Shown: positions 1 to 9,005 of the stretch, one piece after another | Layout of the letters: the number at the start of each line of letters is the position of its first letter | Numbering within the stretch: position 1 is the stretch's first letter | Source: Thauera sp. | GTDB lineage: Bacteria > Pseudomonadota > Gammaproteobacteria > Burkholderiales > Rhodocyclaceae | Direction of reading: 5' to 3' | DNA: 41,537 bases | Assembly: GCA_041586695.1 (NCBI GenBank) | Contig: JBFGZP010000001.1 | Coordinates: forward strand, 1 to 41,537 | Made by a program: the position numbers and the translations under genes | Notes under the pieces: model-generated | The model's database searches: none | Told to the model about the DNA's origin: nothing | Seen by the model: only the letters and a program-made list of their open reading frames with translations

Positions 1-1338
1 ATGGTGTTCGGCGCGATCATGCCGGCCTTCGTCGGCTTCGCGAACTGGATGATCCCGCTCATGATCGGCGCCTCCGACATGGCGTTCGCGCGCATGAACA
101 ACTGGAGCTTCTGGCTGCTGCCGCCCGCGGCGCTCCTGCTGCTCGGCTCGTTCTTCGTTCCCGGCGGCGCCACTGCCGCCGGCTGGACGCTGTATGCGCC
201 GCTGTCGGTACAGATGGGCATGGGCATGGACCTGACGATCTTCGCCATCCACATCATGGGCGTCAGTTCGATCATGGGCGCCATCAACATCGTCGTCACG
301 GTGCTCAACATGCGCGCGCCCGGCATGACGATGATGAAGATGCCGCTGTTCTGCTGGACCTGGCTGATCACCGCCTATCTGCTGATCGCGGTGATGCCGG
401 TGCTGGCCGGTGCGGTGACGATGATTCTTACCGATCGTCACTTCGGCACCAGTTTCTTCAACGCGGCAGGCGGCGGCGACCCGGTGATGTACCAGCACAT
501 TTTCTGGTTCTTCGGTCATCCGGAGGTCTACATCATGATCCTTCCGGCCTTCGGCATCGTCAGCCAGATCATCCCGACATTCGCCAGGAAGCCGCTGTTC
601 GGCTACGCGTCGATGGTGTATGCGACCTCCTCGATCGCCGTCCTCTCCTTCGCGGTCTGGGCGCACCACATGTTCGCGACCGGCATGCCGGCAGTGGGGC
701 AGATCTTCTTCATGTACGCGACCATGCTGATCGCCGTGCCGACCGGCGTGAAGGTCTTCAACTGGGTGGCGACGATGTGGCGCGGCTCCATGACCTTCGA
801 GACGCCAATGCTTTGGGCGGTCGGCTTCATCTTCGTATTCACGATGGGCGGCTTCACCGGCCTGATCTGCGCCATTGCGCCGATCGATATCCAGGTGCAG
901 GACACCTACTACGTCGTTGCCCACTTCCACTACGTGCTCGTCGCCGGTTCGTTGTTCGCCCTTTTCGCCGGCGCCTACTACTGGCTGCCGAAATGGACCG
1001 GGAACATGCCCAACGAAACGCTGGGCAAGCTGCACTTCTGGTGTTCGATCGTGTTCTTCAACATCACCTTCTTCCCGATGCACTTCCTCGGTCTTGCCGG
1101 CATGCCGCGGCGCATTCCCGACTATGCGCTCCAGTTCGCCGACTTCAACGCGCTGGCCACGGTGGGGGCTTTCGGCTTCGGCCTGTCGCAGCTGATCTTT
1201 CTCGTTGTCGTGCTCAAGTGCGCGCGCGGTGGCGAGCGTTCGGCAGCACGCTCCTGGGAAGCGGCCGAAGGCCTGGAATGGACGGTGCCGTCGCCGGCGC
1301 CTTACCATACGTTCGAGGAAGCGCCGGTTGTGCGATAG
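1..1338 (+). CDS. ctaD: Cytochrome c oxidase subunit I (aa3-type), 5'-truncated by the window edge
   Basis: WFFGHPEVY, WAHHMF and VAHFHYV heme/CuB ligand motifs; many TM helices; followed by Cox11 and subunit III genes. Confidence 0.97.
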   Translation: MVFGAIMPAFVGFANWMIPLMIGASDMAFARMNNWSFWLLPPAALLLLGSFFVPGGATAAGWTLYAPLSVQMGMGMDLTIFAIHIMGVSSIMGAINIVVTVLNMRAPGMTMMKMPLFCWTWLITAYLLIAVMPVLAGAVTMILTDRHFGTSFFNAAGGGDPVMYQHIFWFFGHPEVYIMILPAFGIVSQIIPTFARKPLFGYASMVYATSSIAVLSFAVWAHHMFATGMPAVGQIFFMYATMLIAVPTGVKVFNWVATMWRGSMTFETPMLWAVGFIFVFTMGGFTGLICAIAPIDIQVQDTYYVVAHFHYVLVAGSLFALFAGAYYWLPKWTGNMPNETLGKLHFWCSIVFFNITFFPMHFLGLAGMPRRIPDYALQFADFNALATVGAFGFGLSQLIFLVVVLKCARGGERSAARSWEAAEGLEWTVPSPAPYHTFEEAPVVR

Positions 1339-1458
1339 GGCAGGGTTCGTGGTGAGCGGGTGGCGTCGCGGGGATTCGGGACAGGGAGTCTGCGCTCCCC
1401 ACTTCACCCGCCCGGCAAGGCCTGCCGCGGCCAGTAGCGATGAGCTGGAAACGATGGC

Positions 1459-1575
1459 ATGACCGACAGTGAAGACCGCAAGAGGGGGAATGTGCGCACC
1501 GGCTTGGTGCTGGCTGCGATCGCGTTCGCGTTCTTCCTGTTCGTCATCCTCAAGTTCAAGGTTTTCGGGGCATGA
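1459..1575 (+). CDS. 38-aa single-TM cytochrome oxidase small assembly-type protein (not in the ORF track)
   Basis: Manual translation: MTDSEDRKRGNVRTGLVLAAIAFAFFLFVILKFKVFGA*. The stop TGA overlaps the cox11 ATG (ATGA, 1572-1575). Charged N-terminus plus one hydrophobic helix, between subunit I and Cox11. Confidence 0.8.
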   Translation: MTDSEDRKRGNVRTGLVLAAIAFAFFLFVILKFKVFGA

Positions 1576-2171
1576 GCACCGGGAGGATGGACTCGCGGCG
1601 CGGGCGCGACCTGGTCACAGACAACCGTCGCCTGCTGCTGCGGCTGGGGCTGTCGGCGCTGGTGATGTTCGGATTCGGCTTTCTGCTCGTGCCCTTCTAC
1701 GAGAAGATCTGCGATGTCACCGGCATCAATAATTTCCTCCGGCCCGAGGCCGAGGCGGGTGCGCTGGCGGTGGGCAATACACAGGTCGATCGCAACCGGA
1801 CGATCACCGTTCAGTTCGATGCCAACCTGCACGATCTTCCCTGGCGTTTTCAGCCGCTGCAGCGTTCGGTGCAGGTGCACCCGGGCGAGCTGGTGCATAT
1901 CGACTACGAAGTGTCCAATACGCGCACGGAGCCGATCACCGGGCAGGCGGTGCCGAGCTACGGTCCCCATCTTGCTGGACGCTACTTCCGCAAGATGGAC
2001 TGCTTCTGCTTCACCCAGCAGACTCTGGCCCCGGGTGAGCGGCGCACCATGCCGGTGGTGTTCGTGGTCGATCCGGAGCTTCCCGACGATGTGAACACGA
2101 TCACGCTGTCCTACACCTTCTTCGAGGTCCGGGGGCGGCAGGCGGCGGCACGCGGATCGGGCGGCACGTGA
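1572..2171 (+). CDS. ctaG: Cytochrome c oxidase assembly protein Cox11/CtaG (CuB chaperone)
   Basis: N-terminal TM with VPFYEKICDVTG, CFCF copper motif, TITLSYTFF C-terminus. Confidence 0.95.
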   Translation: MSTGRMDSRRGRDLVTDNRRLLLRLGLSALVMFGFGFLLVPFYEKICDVTGINNFLRPEAEAGALAVGNTQVDRNRTITVQFDANLHDLPWRFQPLQRSVQVHPGELVHIDYEVSNTRTEPITGQAVPSYGPHLAGRYFRKMDCFCFTQQTLAPGERRTMPVVFVVDPELPDDVNTITLSYTFFEVRGRQAAARGSGGT

Positions 2172-2380
2172 GCGAGAGTAGAACGGGTGAGTCGAGGAAG
2201 GCCGGTTTCTGGGCGACGATCCGCGCGGTGCTGTGGTCGTTCATCGGCATTCGCAAGCGACGCGGCTACCAGGAAGATGCCGCCTCGCTCGATCCCAAGG
2301 CGGTCGTCTTCGCAGGCTTGCTCGCGGGCCTGATCTTTGTGCTGGGGCTCGTTGCCATCGTGCAGTGGGTGGTGAGTTAG
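2168..2380 (+). CDS. Small membrane protein, DUF2970-like
   Basis: AVLWSFIGIRKR motif plus a C-terminal TM helix; GTGA overlap with cox11; usual position in betaproteobacterial cox operons. Confidence 0.8.
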   Translation: MSESRTGESRKAGFWATIRAVLWSFIGIRKRRGYQEDAASLDPKAVVFAGLLAGLIFVLGLVAIVQWVVS

Positions 2381-2405
2381 GCGGGAATAACAGGGAGAAA
2401 CAAGC

Positions 2406-3272
2406 ATGGGCCACACATCTGGAACGCACTCCGTCGATCACTACTTCGTGCCCGAGCCGTCGACCTATCCGATCTTCGGCTCGGTCGCGCTGCTGCTGTT
2501 CGGTGCGGGCGCCGCACTATGGCTCAACAAGGTTGCAGCCGGGCCGTGGATGCTCTTCGCCGGCCTCGCGATCCTGATCTACATGCTGTTCGGCTGGTTC
2601 GGACAGGTCGTGCGGGAATCGGAGACCGGGAAGTACGGCAGGAAGGTCGACAAGTCCTTCCGCTGGTCGATGGGCTGGTTCATCTTCTCGGAGGTGATGT
2701 TCTTCGCGGCCTTCTTCGGCGCGCTGTTCTATGCGCGCGTGCTGTCGCTGCCCTGGCTCTCTTCCGGTGACAGCGAGGCCCTGCTGTGGCAGGGCTTCAC
2801 CGGCGCCTGGCCCAGCGCCGGCCCGCATGCGGCCGACGCCTTCACCCCCATGGGTGCCTGGGGCATCCCGGCGATCAACACGCTGATCCTTCTTACTTCC
2901 GGTGCAACCCTGACCTGGGCGCATTACGGCCTGCTCAAGGAGAACCGCGGACAGCTCAAGCTCGGGCTGCTCGCCACCATCGTGCTCGGGGCAATCTTCA
3001 TGTCGCTCCAGGCCTATGAATACATCCACGCCTATGCCGACCTGAACCTGCGGCTGGATACCGGCATCTACGGCTCGACCTTCTACCTGCTCACCGGTTT
3101 CCACGGGCTGCACGTGACCATCGGCGCGATCATGCTCACGGTGATGCTGTTCCGCGTGATCGCCGGCCACTTCCGCCCCGATCATCACTTCGCGTTCGAG
3201 GCAGCGGCTTGGTACTGGCACTTCGTCGACGTCGTGTGGCTGTTCCTGTTCATCGTTGTCTACTGGCTGTAA
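2406..3272 (+). CDS. ctaE: Cytochrome c oxidase subunit III
   Basis: FIFSEVMFF, TGFHGLHV and AAWYWHFVDVVW motifs. Confidence 0.96.
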   Translation: MGHTSGTHSVDHYFVPEPSTYPIFGSVALLLFGAGAALWLNKVAAGPWMLFAGLAILIYMLFGWFGQVVRESETGKYGRKVDKSFRWSMGWFIFSEVMFFAAFFGALFYARVLSLPWLSSGDSEALLWQGFTGAWPSAGPHAADAFTPMGAWGIPAINTLILLTSGATLTWAHYGLLKENRGQLKLGLLATIVLGAIFMSLQAYEYIHAYADLNLRLDTGIYGSTFYLLTGFHGLHVTIGAIMLTVMLFRVIAGHFRPDHHFAFEAAAWYWHFVDVVWLFLFIVVYWL

Positions 3273-3298
3273 CAGGGGTGAATGCTGCCTGTGTCGGA

Positions 3299-3496
3299 CT
3301 ACAGCTTGCCGTCGATCAGGCCGGTCGCATACCCCGCCATCAGCAGCACGAACAGCGTGATCGACAGGCCCACCCGGACTGCCAGCGCGCGCACGGTTCG
3401 CGGGTCGCCGGTGCCGCGGTCGCGCAGCAGGAACAGTAGCGCCGAGCCCAGGCTGGCGATGATGAGCACGAGAAAGACAACGACGACAAGGCGCAT
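3299..3496 (-). CDS. Twin transmembrane helix small protein (DUF2909-like), 65 aa
   Basis: MRLVVVVFLVLIIASLGSALLFLLRD...RALAVRVGLSITLF; two hydrophobic helices; opposite strand between subunit III and SURF1. ATG at 3496 chosen over the longer ORF start. Confidence 0.85.
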   Translation of the reverse strand: MRLVVVVFLVLIIASLGSALLFLLRDRGTGDPRTVRALAVRVGLSITLFVLLMAGYATGLIDGKL

Positions 3497-3562
3497 GCCG
3501 GGGCTCCGGGAAAAGGTGCTCCAGTTTACTGCGACGCAGCCGCGACGTGTTCGGGCCATGTC

Positions 3563-4357
3563 GTGACCCGTCGGGGAGGCATTCTATCCCTGGTGCCGAT
3601 CGTCACCGGCTTGCTGCTCGTCGCGCTGACGGTATCGCTCGGCAACTGGCAGGTGCGGCGTGCGCAGGACAAGATCGTCGTGCAGGCACAGATCGATGCG
3701 CTCACACTCGCCGCGCCGCTGGCGGCGCGCGCCGACGCGCCTGACCTGCCCGAGTGGCAGCCGCTGAGCCTGGCCGGGCAGTGGTGGCCGGACGGGACCA
3801 TCCTGCTCGATAATCGAACCCATGGCGGACGCGCGGGTTACCATGTGCTGACGCCGCTGGTGCTGGCAGACGGCTCGGGCGCAGTGCTGGTCAATCGCGG
3901 CTGGATCGCCGTTGGGGCCGATCGCAGCAAGTTGCCGGTCGTGCCGACGGCCGATGGTCTGCAGCAAGTGCAAGGGCGGCTGCATCGGGTCGAGTCCGAC
4001 GCGTTCACGCTGGCCGATCGTTCCGATCAGGCGGTCGCGGGAAGGGTCTGGCAGACGCTCGACCTGCAGTCGTTTCGGACCCGGGTGCTGGGTTCGTGCA
4101 CCGACGCCCCGATCGTGAAGGGCTCGATGACTTGTCGGAATCTCGCACCGTGGACCCTGCTGCAGACTTCCACCGCCGGCGACGGACTCGTGCGCGACTG
4201 GGTGACCCCTGGAGCCGGCATCGACCGCCATCGCGGCTATGCCTTCCAGTGGTACGCCCTCGCCAGCCTCGCCGCCGGCCTCACCGCCTGGTATGCCTGG
4301 CGCCTGTTTTCCCGGAGAAATGATGACGACCGGAATGCTCGACTCGTCCGCAACTAA
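3563..4357 (+). CDS. SURF1/Shy1 family oxidase assembly protein
   Basis: LGNWQVRR, LLDNR, GYHVLTPL, LVNRGW and HRGYAFQWY motifs. Confidence 0.92.
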   Translation: MTRRGGILSLVPIVTGLLLVALTVSLGNWQVRRAQDKIVVQAQIDALTLAAPLAARADAPDLPEWQPLSLAGQWWPDGTILLDNRTHGGRAGYHVLTPLVLADGSGAVLVNRGWIAVGADRSKLPVVPTADGLQQVQGRLHRVESDAFTLADRSDQAVAGRVWQTLDLQSFRTRVLGSCTDAPIVKGSMTCRNLAPWTLLQTSTAGDGLVRDWVTPGAGIDRHRGYAFQWYALASLAAGLTAWYAWRLFSRRNDDDRNARLVRN

Positions 4358-4970
4358 GTCCGCCTCCCCGCTGCCGCCCGCGGCACGGCGCCGTGCGCGC
4401 CGCACGCTGGTGCTGCTCGCCATCGTGTGCACCCTGCCCGTGGTCGCCTCCTACCTGATGTTCTACGTGTGGCAGCCGCAGGGCCGGGTGAACCATGGCG
4501 CCCTGCTGGAGCCCACGCCCCTGCCTCAGGCGGTGCTGGCCGGTGCGGCCGGCCAGCCGACGCTCGCGCGCGGCGACATCGAGGGGCAGTGGACCCTGCT
4601 CGTGGTCGCGCCCGCGGCCTGCGACGAAGCCTGCACCCGGGCACTGTACGTGTCGCGCCAGGCGAGGCTCGCCCAGGCCAAGGAGATGGAACGCGTCGGC
4701 CGTTTGTGGCTGGTCACGGATGCGGCCGAACCGGCCGCCGATACCCTGGCTGCGCACGAGGGCCTGCGACTCGCGCGCGCGGATGCGGCCTGGCTCGCCG
4801 CGCTGCCCGGCGCCGAGATCGCGGGACAGGTCTTCCTCGTCGATCCGCTCGGCAACGTGATGATGCGCTTCGACGACGAGGCAGATACCACGGAGGCGGC
4901 GCGCGCGATGACGAAAGACCTGCAGCGTCTGCTCAAATACTCAGCCCTCGGTCGCGGGGGGCGCGAGTGA
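4320..4970 (+). CDS. Membrane-anchored SCO/thioredoxin-like protein (CxxxC) of the cox cluster
   Basis: N-terminal TM, NHGALL, CDEAC, LVDPLGNVMMRF and KDLQRLLKYS; GGAGA upstream of ATG 4320. Confidence 0.8.
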   Translation: MMTTGMLDSSATKSASPLPPAARRRARRTLVLLAIVCTLPVVASYLMFYVWQPQGRVNHGALLEPTPLPQAVLAGAAGQPTLARGDIEGQWTLLVVAPAACDEACTRALYVSRQARLAQAKEMERVGRLWLVTDAAEPAADTLAAHEGLRLARADAAWLAALPGAEIAGQVFLVDPLGNVMMRFDDEADTTEAARAMTKDLQRLLKYSALGRGGRE

Positions 4971-6007
4971 TCCTCTACCGCCGCCTGATCCTGCTAGCCC
5001 TCGCGCTCACGCTCGGTGTCGTGGTGTTCGGCGCCTATGTGCGCCTGGCCGATGCCGGCCTGGGCTGTCCGGACTGGCCTGGCTGCTACGGCAGGTTCAG
5101 CCCGGCGCATGCCGCCGAGCTCATCCGCGACGCCCATGCCGCTGCGCCGGATGGCCCGGTGAGCCTGCCCAAGGCCTGGAAGGAGATGATCCACCGCTAT
5201 CTCGCCGCGAGCCTCGGCGTGCTGATCATCGCCATCGCAGTGCTGGCCTGGCGCCGGCGCCGCGAGGCCGGCTCGGCGCCGCTTGTGGCGACGGCCCTGG
5301 TCGGCGTGGTGGTGTTCCAGGGACTGCTGGGCAAGTGGACCGTCACGCTGCTGCTGAAGCCGGCCATCGTCACCGCGCATCTGCTGGGCGGCCTCACCAC
5401 GCTGGCGCTGCTGGCCTGGCTGGCGCTGCGCGCCTTCGACGTGCCGCGCGTCCATGTCGGAGTCAGGCTCTCGCTGCTGGCGCGCGTGTGCTTTGTGCTG
5501 CTCGTGGCACAAGTCGGGCTGGGTGGCTGGACGAGCACCAATTATGCCGCTCTCGCCTGCACGGATTTCCCCGCCTGCCATGGCCAGTGGTGGCCGCAGG
5601 CCGACTATGCCAACGCCTTTCACGTGGTGCGCGAGCTGGGCATGACCGCCGACGGCGAGTTGCTGTCGAACGCTGCCCTGACCGCCATCCACTGGCTGCA
5701 TCGGCTCGGTGCCGTGGTGGCAGGTACGGCGCTGTTCGGGCTCGGGTGGGCGCTGGCACGCCGCGGTGACACCACCGTCGCCGGCCTCGCGCTGCTGGCG
5801 GTGCTGTCGCTGCAGATCGGCCTCGGTATCGCCAACGTGCTGCTTTCGCTGCCACTCCCGCTCGCTGCCGCCCACAACGCCGGCGCGGCGCTGTTGGTGG
5901 GCGTGATGGTGTGGATCAATTACCGGCTCGCGGGTAGCCCGGCCGCGTCCTACGCAGGGCAGCGTGGCCTCGCGCGGATATCCCTGATGAAGGAGGGGAG
6001 ACAATGA
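4967..6007 (+). CDS. ctaA: Heme A synthase (COX15/CtaA)
   Basis: [16 protein letters not shown], second Cys pair CTDFPAC, IHWLHR and AHN; GTG start overlaps the upstream stop. Confidence 0.93.
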   Translation: MILYRRLILLALALTLGVVVFGAYVRLADAGLGCPDWPGCYGRFSPAHAAELIRDAHAAAPDGPVSLPKAWKEMIHRYLAASLGVLIIAIAVLAWRRRREAGSAPLVATALVGVVVFQGLLGKWTVTLLLKPAIVTAHLLGGLTTLALLAWLALRAFDVPRVHVGVRLSLLARVCFVLLVAQVGLGGWTSTNYAALACTDFPACHGQWWPQADYANAFHVVRELGMTADGELLSNAALTAIHWLHRLGAVVAGTALFGLGWALARRGDTTVAGLALLAVLSLQIGLGIANVLLSLPLPLAAAHNAGAALLVGVMVWINYRLAGSPAASYAGQRGLARISLMKEGRQ

Positions 6008-6900
6008 AGACATTCGCCCTCGGGCAAGGCACGGCGTCGCAGCGTCTGCGCGCTTTCTATGTGCTCACCAAGCCGCGGGTCAATACCCTGATCGTGTTCT
6101 GCGCGGTCATCGGCATGTTTCTCGCCGTACCCGATGGCTTGCCCGATGCGCTCACGGTGCTCGCCGCCACGATCGGCATTGCCGCCGTCGCCGGCGCGGC
6201 TGCGGCCATGAACTGCCTCATCGAGCAGCAGATCGACGCCCGCATGACGCGCACGCAGGCACGCCCGCTGCCGCGCGGCGAACTCGCCGCCGCGGAGGTC
6301 CTGGCCTTTGCCGGTGGCCTCGGCGGCTTCGGCCTGGTGCTTCTGCACCAGGCAGTGAACGCGCTGACGATGTGGCTTACGCTCGCGACCTTTGTCGGTT
6401 ACGCGGTCATCTACACCGTCTTCCTCAAGCCCCGCACGCCCCAGAACATCGTTATCGGCGGCGCATCGGGGGCGATGCCGCCAGTGTTGGGCTGGGCGGC
6501 AGCGAGCGGCGAGGTATCGGCCGACGCGCTGTTGCTCTTCCTCATCATCTTCGCGTGGACGCCGCCGCACTTCTGGGCCCTGGCGCTGTATCGCACTGCC
6601 GACTATGCGCGGGCCGGTCTGCCGATGCTTCCGGTTACGCACGGCTCGGAATACACCCGCCTGTCGGTCTTGCTGTACACCTTCATCCTCTTCGGTGCGA
6701 CCCTGCTGCCCTACGCCACGCGCATGAGCGGCGAGCTCTACCTCGCCGCGGCCGTACTTCTGGGGGCTCGCTTCATCCATTACGCCTGGCGGCTGTATCG
6801 CGGCTATAGCGATGCGCTGGCGCGGCGTACCTTCCGCTTCTCGATCCTCTACCTGTTCGGGCTCTTCGCCGCACTGCTGGTGGATCACTACCTGCCCTGA
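6004..6900 (+). CDS. ctaB: Protoheme IX farnesyltransferase (heme O synthase)
   Basis: [35 protein letters not shown] and [11 protein letters not shown]. Confidence 0.96.
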   Translation: MKTFALGQGTASQRLRAFYVLTKPRVNTLIVFCAVIGMFLAVPDGLPDALTVLAATIGIAAVAGAAAAMNCLIEQQIDARMTRTQARPLPRGELAAAEVLAFAGGLGGFGLVLLHQAVNALTMWLTLATFVGYAVIYTVFLKPRTPQNIVIGGASGAMPPVLGWAAASGEVSADALLLFLIIFAWTPPHFWALALYRTADYARAGLPMLPVTHGSEYTRLSVLLYTFILFGATLLPYATRMSGELYLAAAVLLGARFIHYAWRLYRGYSDALARRTFRFSILYLFGLFAALLVDHYLP

Positions 6901-6992
6901 CCACTGCGGCGCCTTGCCGCACGGCCTTATCGATGGCGCGGCAAGGCCCTAAGATGGCGCACTGATCGAATCGGTTTGCTCGAGGTTTGTAG

Positions 6993-7595
6993 ATGCGTTT
7001 TCGCTGTGATTCCTGGTTCCCGCGCCTGGGTGCCCTCGCCTTGGTGGCGGTTCTGCTGGGCGCTTGTGGTGACAGCGAGCCGGTGTTCCGTAGCACCGAC
7101 ATCACCGGTGCCGACTACGGCAAGTCCCTCGCTCTCACCGACCACCATGGCCAGCCTCGCACGCTGGCAGATTTCCGCGGCAAGGTCGTCACCGTCTTCT
7201 TCGGCTACACGCAGTGTCCGGACGTGTGTCCGACGGCGCTCTCGAGCATGAGCCAGGTCGTGAACGCGCTCGGCCCGGATGGCGACCGCGTCCAGGTTCT
7301 GTTCGTCACGGTCGACCCCGAGCGCGATACCCCGGCACTGCTGGCCGAATACGTGCCGCTGTTCGACAAGCGTTTCCTCGGCCTGTACGGCACGGCCGAG
7401 CAGCTCGCTGCGACGGCGAGGGATTTCCGCGTGTTCTACCGCAAGAGCGGCGACCTCGAAGGCCACTACACCATCGATCACTCGGCCGGCACCTACGTCT
7501 TCGACCCGAAAGGCCGTTTGCGTCTTTATGCGCGGCACGGTGAAGACCCGGCGGTGATCGCCGCGGACATCAAGGCCTTGCTGGCCGGCAAGTAG
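6993..7595 (+). CDS. SCO1/SenC family copper chaperone lipoprotein
   Basis: Lipobox LLGAC, FFGYTQCPDVCP, TVDPERD and YTIDHS. Confidence 0.93.
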   Translation: MRFRCDSWFPRLGALALVAVLLGACGDSEPVFRSTDITGADYGKSLALTDHHGQPRTLADFRGKVVTVFFGYTQCPDVCPTALSSMSQVVNALGPDGDRVQVLFVTVDPERDTPALLAEYVPLFDKRFLGLYGTAEQLAATARDFRVFYRKSGDLEGHYTIDHSAGTYVFDPKGRLRLYARHGEDPAVIAADIKALLAGK

Positions 7596-7642
7596 GTCGC
7601 CCGGGGCCCGCTGCGGCGCCGGCAGGCGGTCGGAAAGTAATA

Positions 7643-7664
7643 CGGCGACGCCAAGGCGTCGCCG
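7643..7664 (-). terminator. Probable intrinsic terminator between convergent sco and rpoH
   Basis: CGGCGACGC-CAAG-GCGTCGCCG stem; on the minus strand it is followed by TATTACTTT. Confidence 0.65.
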
Positions 7665-7688
7665 CTTCAATGCATGCAGCGGGAGGGC

Positions 7689-8540
<852 letters not shown>

Positions 8541-8567
8541 ATGTTCGGGTCCTCCTCGAAGCGGATT

Positions 8568-8594
8568 TTAGCACTCGATCGATCAGAGTGCTAA
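8568..8594. promoter_or_regulatory. CIRCE element (HrcA operator) upstream of rpoH
   Basis: Exact match to the consensus TTAGCACTC-N9-GAGTGCTAA (spacer GATCGATCA), 27 bp upstream of the rpoH ATG. Confidence 0.95.
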
Positions 8595-8611
8595 GTGCTG
8601 CGGGGAGTTCC
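8583..8611 (-). promoter_or_regulatory. Putative sigmaE (ECF) promoter of rpoH
   Basis: Minus strand GGAACTC-N17-TCTGA, resembling E. coli rpoH P3 (GAACTT-N16-TCTGA); the -10 lies inside the CIRCE. Confidence 0.5.
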
Positions 8612-8841
8612 AGTCCTGCTGCTGACCCCGATACGAGGCGGGCGGGTCCGTGCATCGGATTCGTGCGGCACAGGCGCGGTCCAGTTGCAGGCTTTTCGTG
8701 TGCCTGCGCTCATGTGCGCTGCGCACCGATTCGGCGTGCATGCCGACATGTGGCGGTGGGCAGCGGGCGTTGCGGCTGCATGCCTCCGGAATCGTATGTG
8801 AGGCGTGCGACGGACGAGGCAAGGCCCCTAAACATGCTCCT

Positions 8842-8861
8842 TTGTTGCACCGATGCAACAA
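8842..8861. promoter_or_regulatory. Palindromic operator upstream of the porin promoter
   Basis: Perfect TTGTTGCA-CCGA-TGCAACAA. Confidence 0.6.
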
Positions 8862-8897
8862 GAATCCCGTGAATGTCGTGTTTTCGGATCGCCGCGC

Positions 8898-8926
8898 TTG
8901 CAAGCCCGACGGCCGATTTGCACAAT
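8898..8926 (+). promoter_or_regulatory. Putative sigma70 promoter of the porin
   Basis: TTGCAA-N17-CACAAT followed by a 5' hairpin ACTTCTC-GCCA-GAGAGGT (8934-8951). Confidence 0.55.
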
Positions 8927-9005
8927 CAATCCAACTTCTCGCCAGAGAGGTGAGTGGGGCCGAGGCAGAGGCTGCGGTCGCAACTTCAAATTTGAGGAGA
9001 AATAC

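Noticed and set aside
3299-3496. Opposite-strand gene interrupting the cox cluster
   Set aside because: This arrangement is the usual one in proteobacterial cox clusters, so it is not novel.
3531-3543. GCGAC-GCA-GCCGC as a RegA/PrrA-type site
   Set aside because: Short GC-only motif with atypical spacing; likely by chance at this GC content.
6911-6947. Inverted repeat GCCTTGCCGC/GCGGCAAGGC after ctaB
   Set aside because: Probably an ordinary 3' stem with no U-tract and no second copy; nothing else supports a special role.
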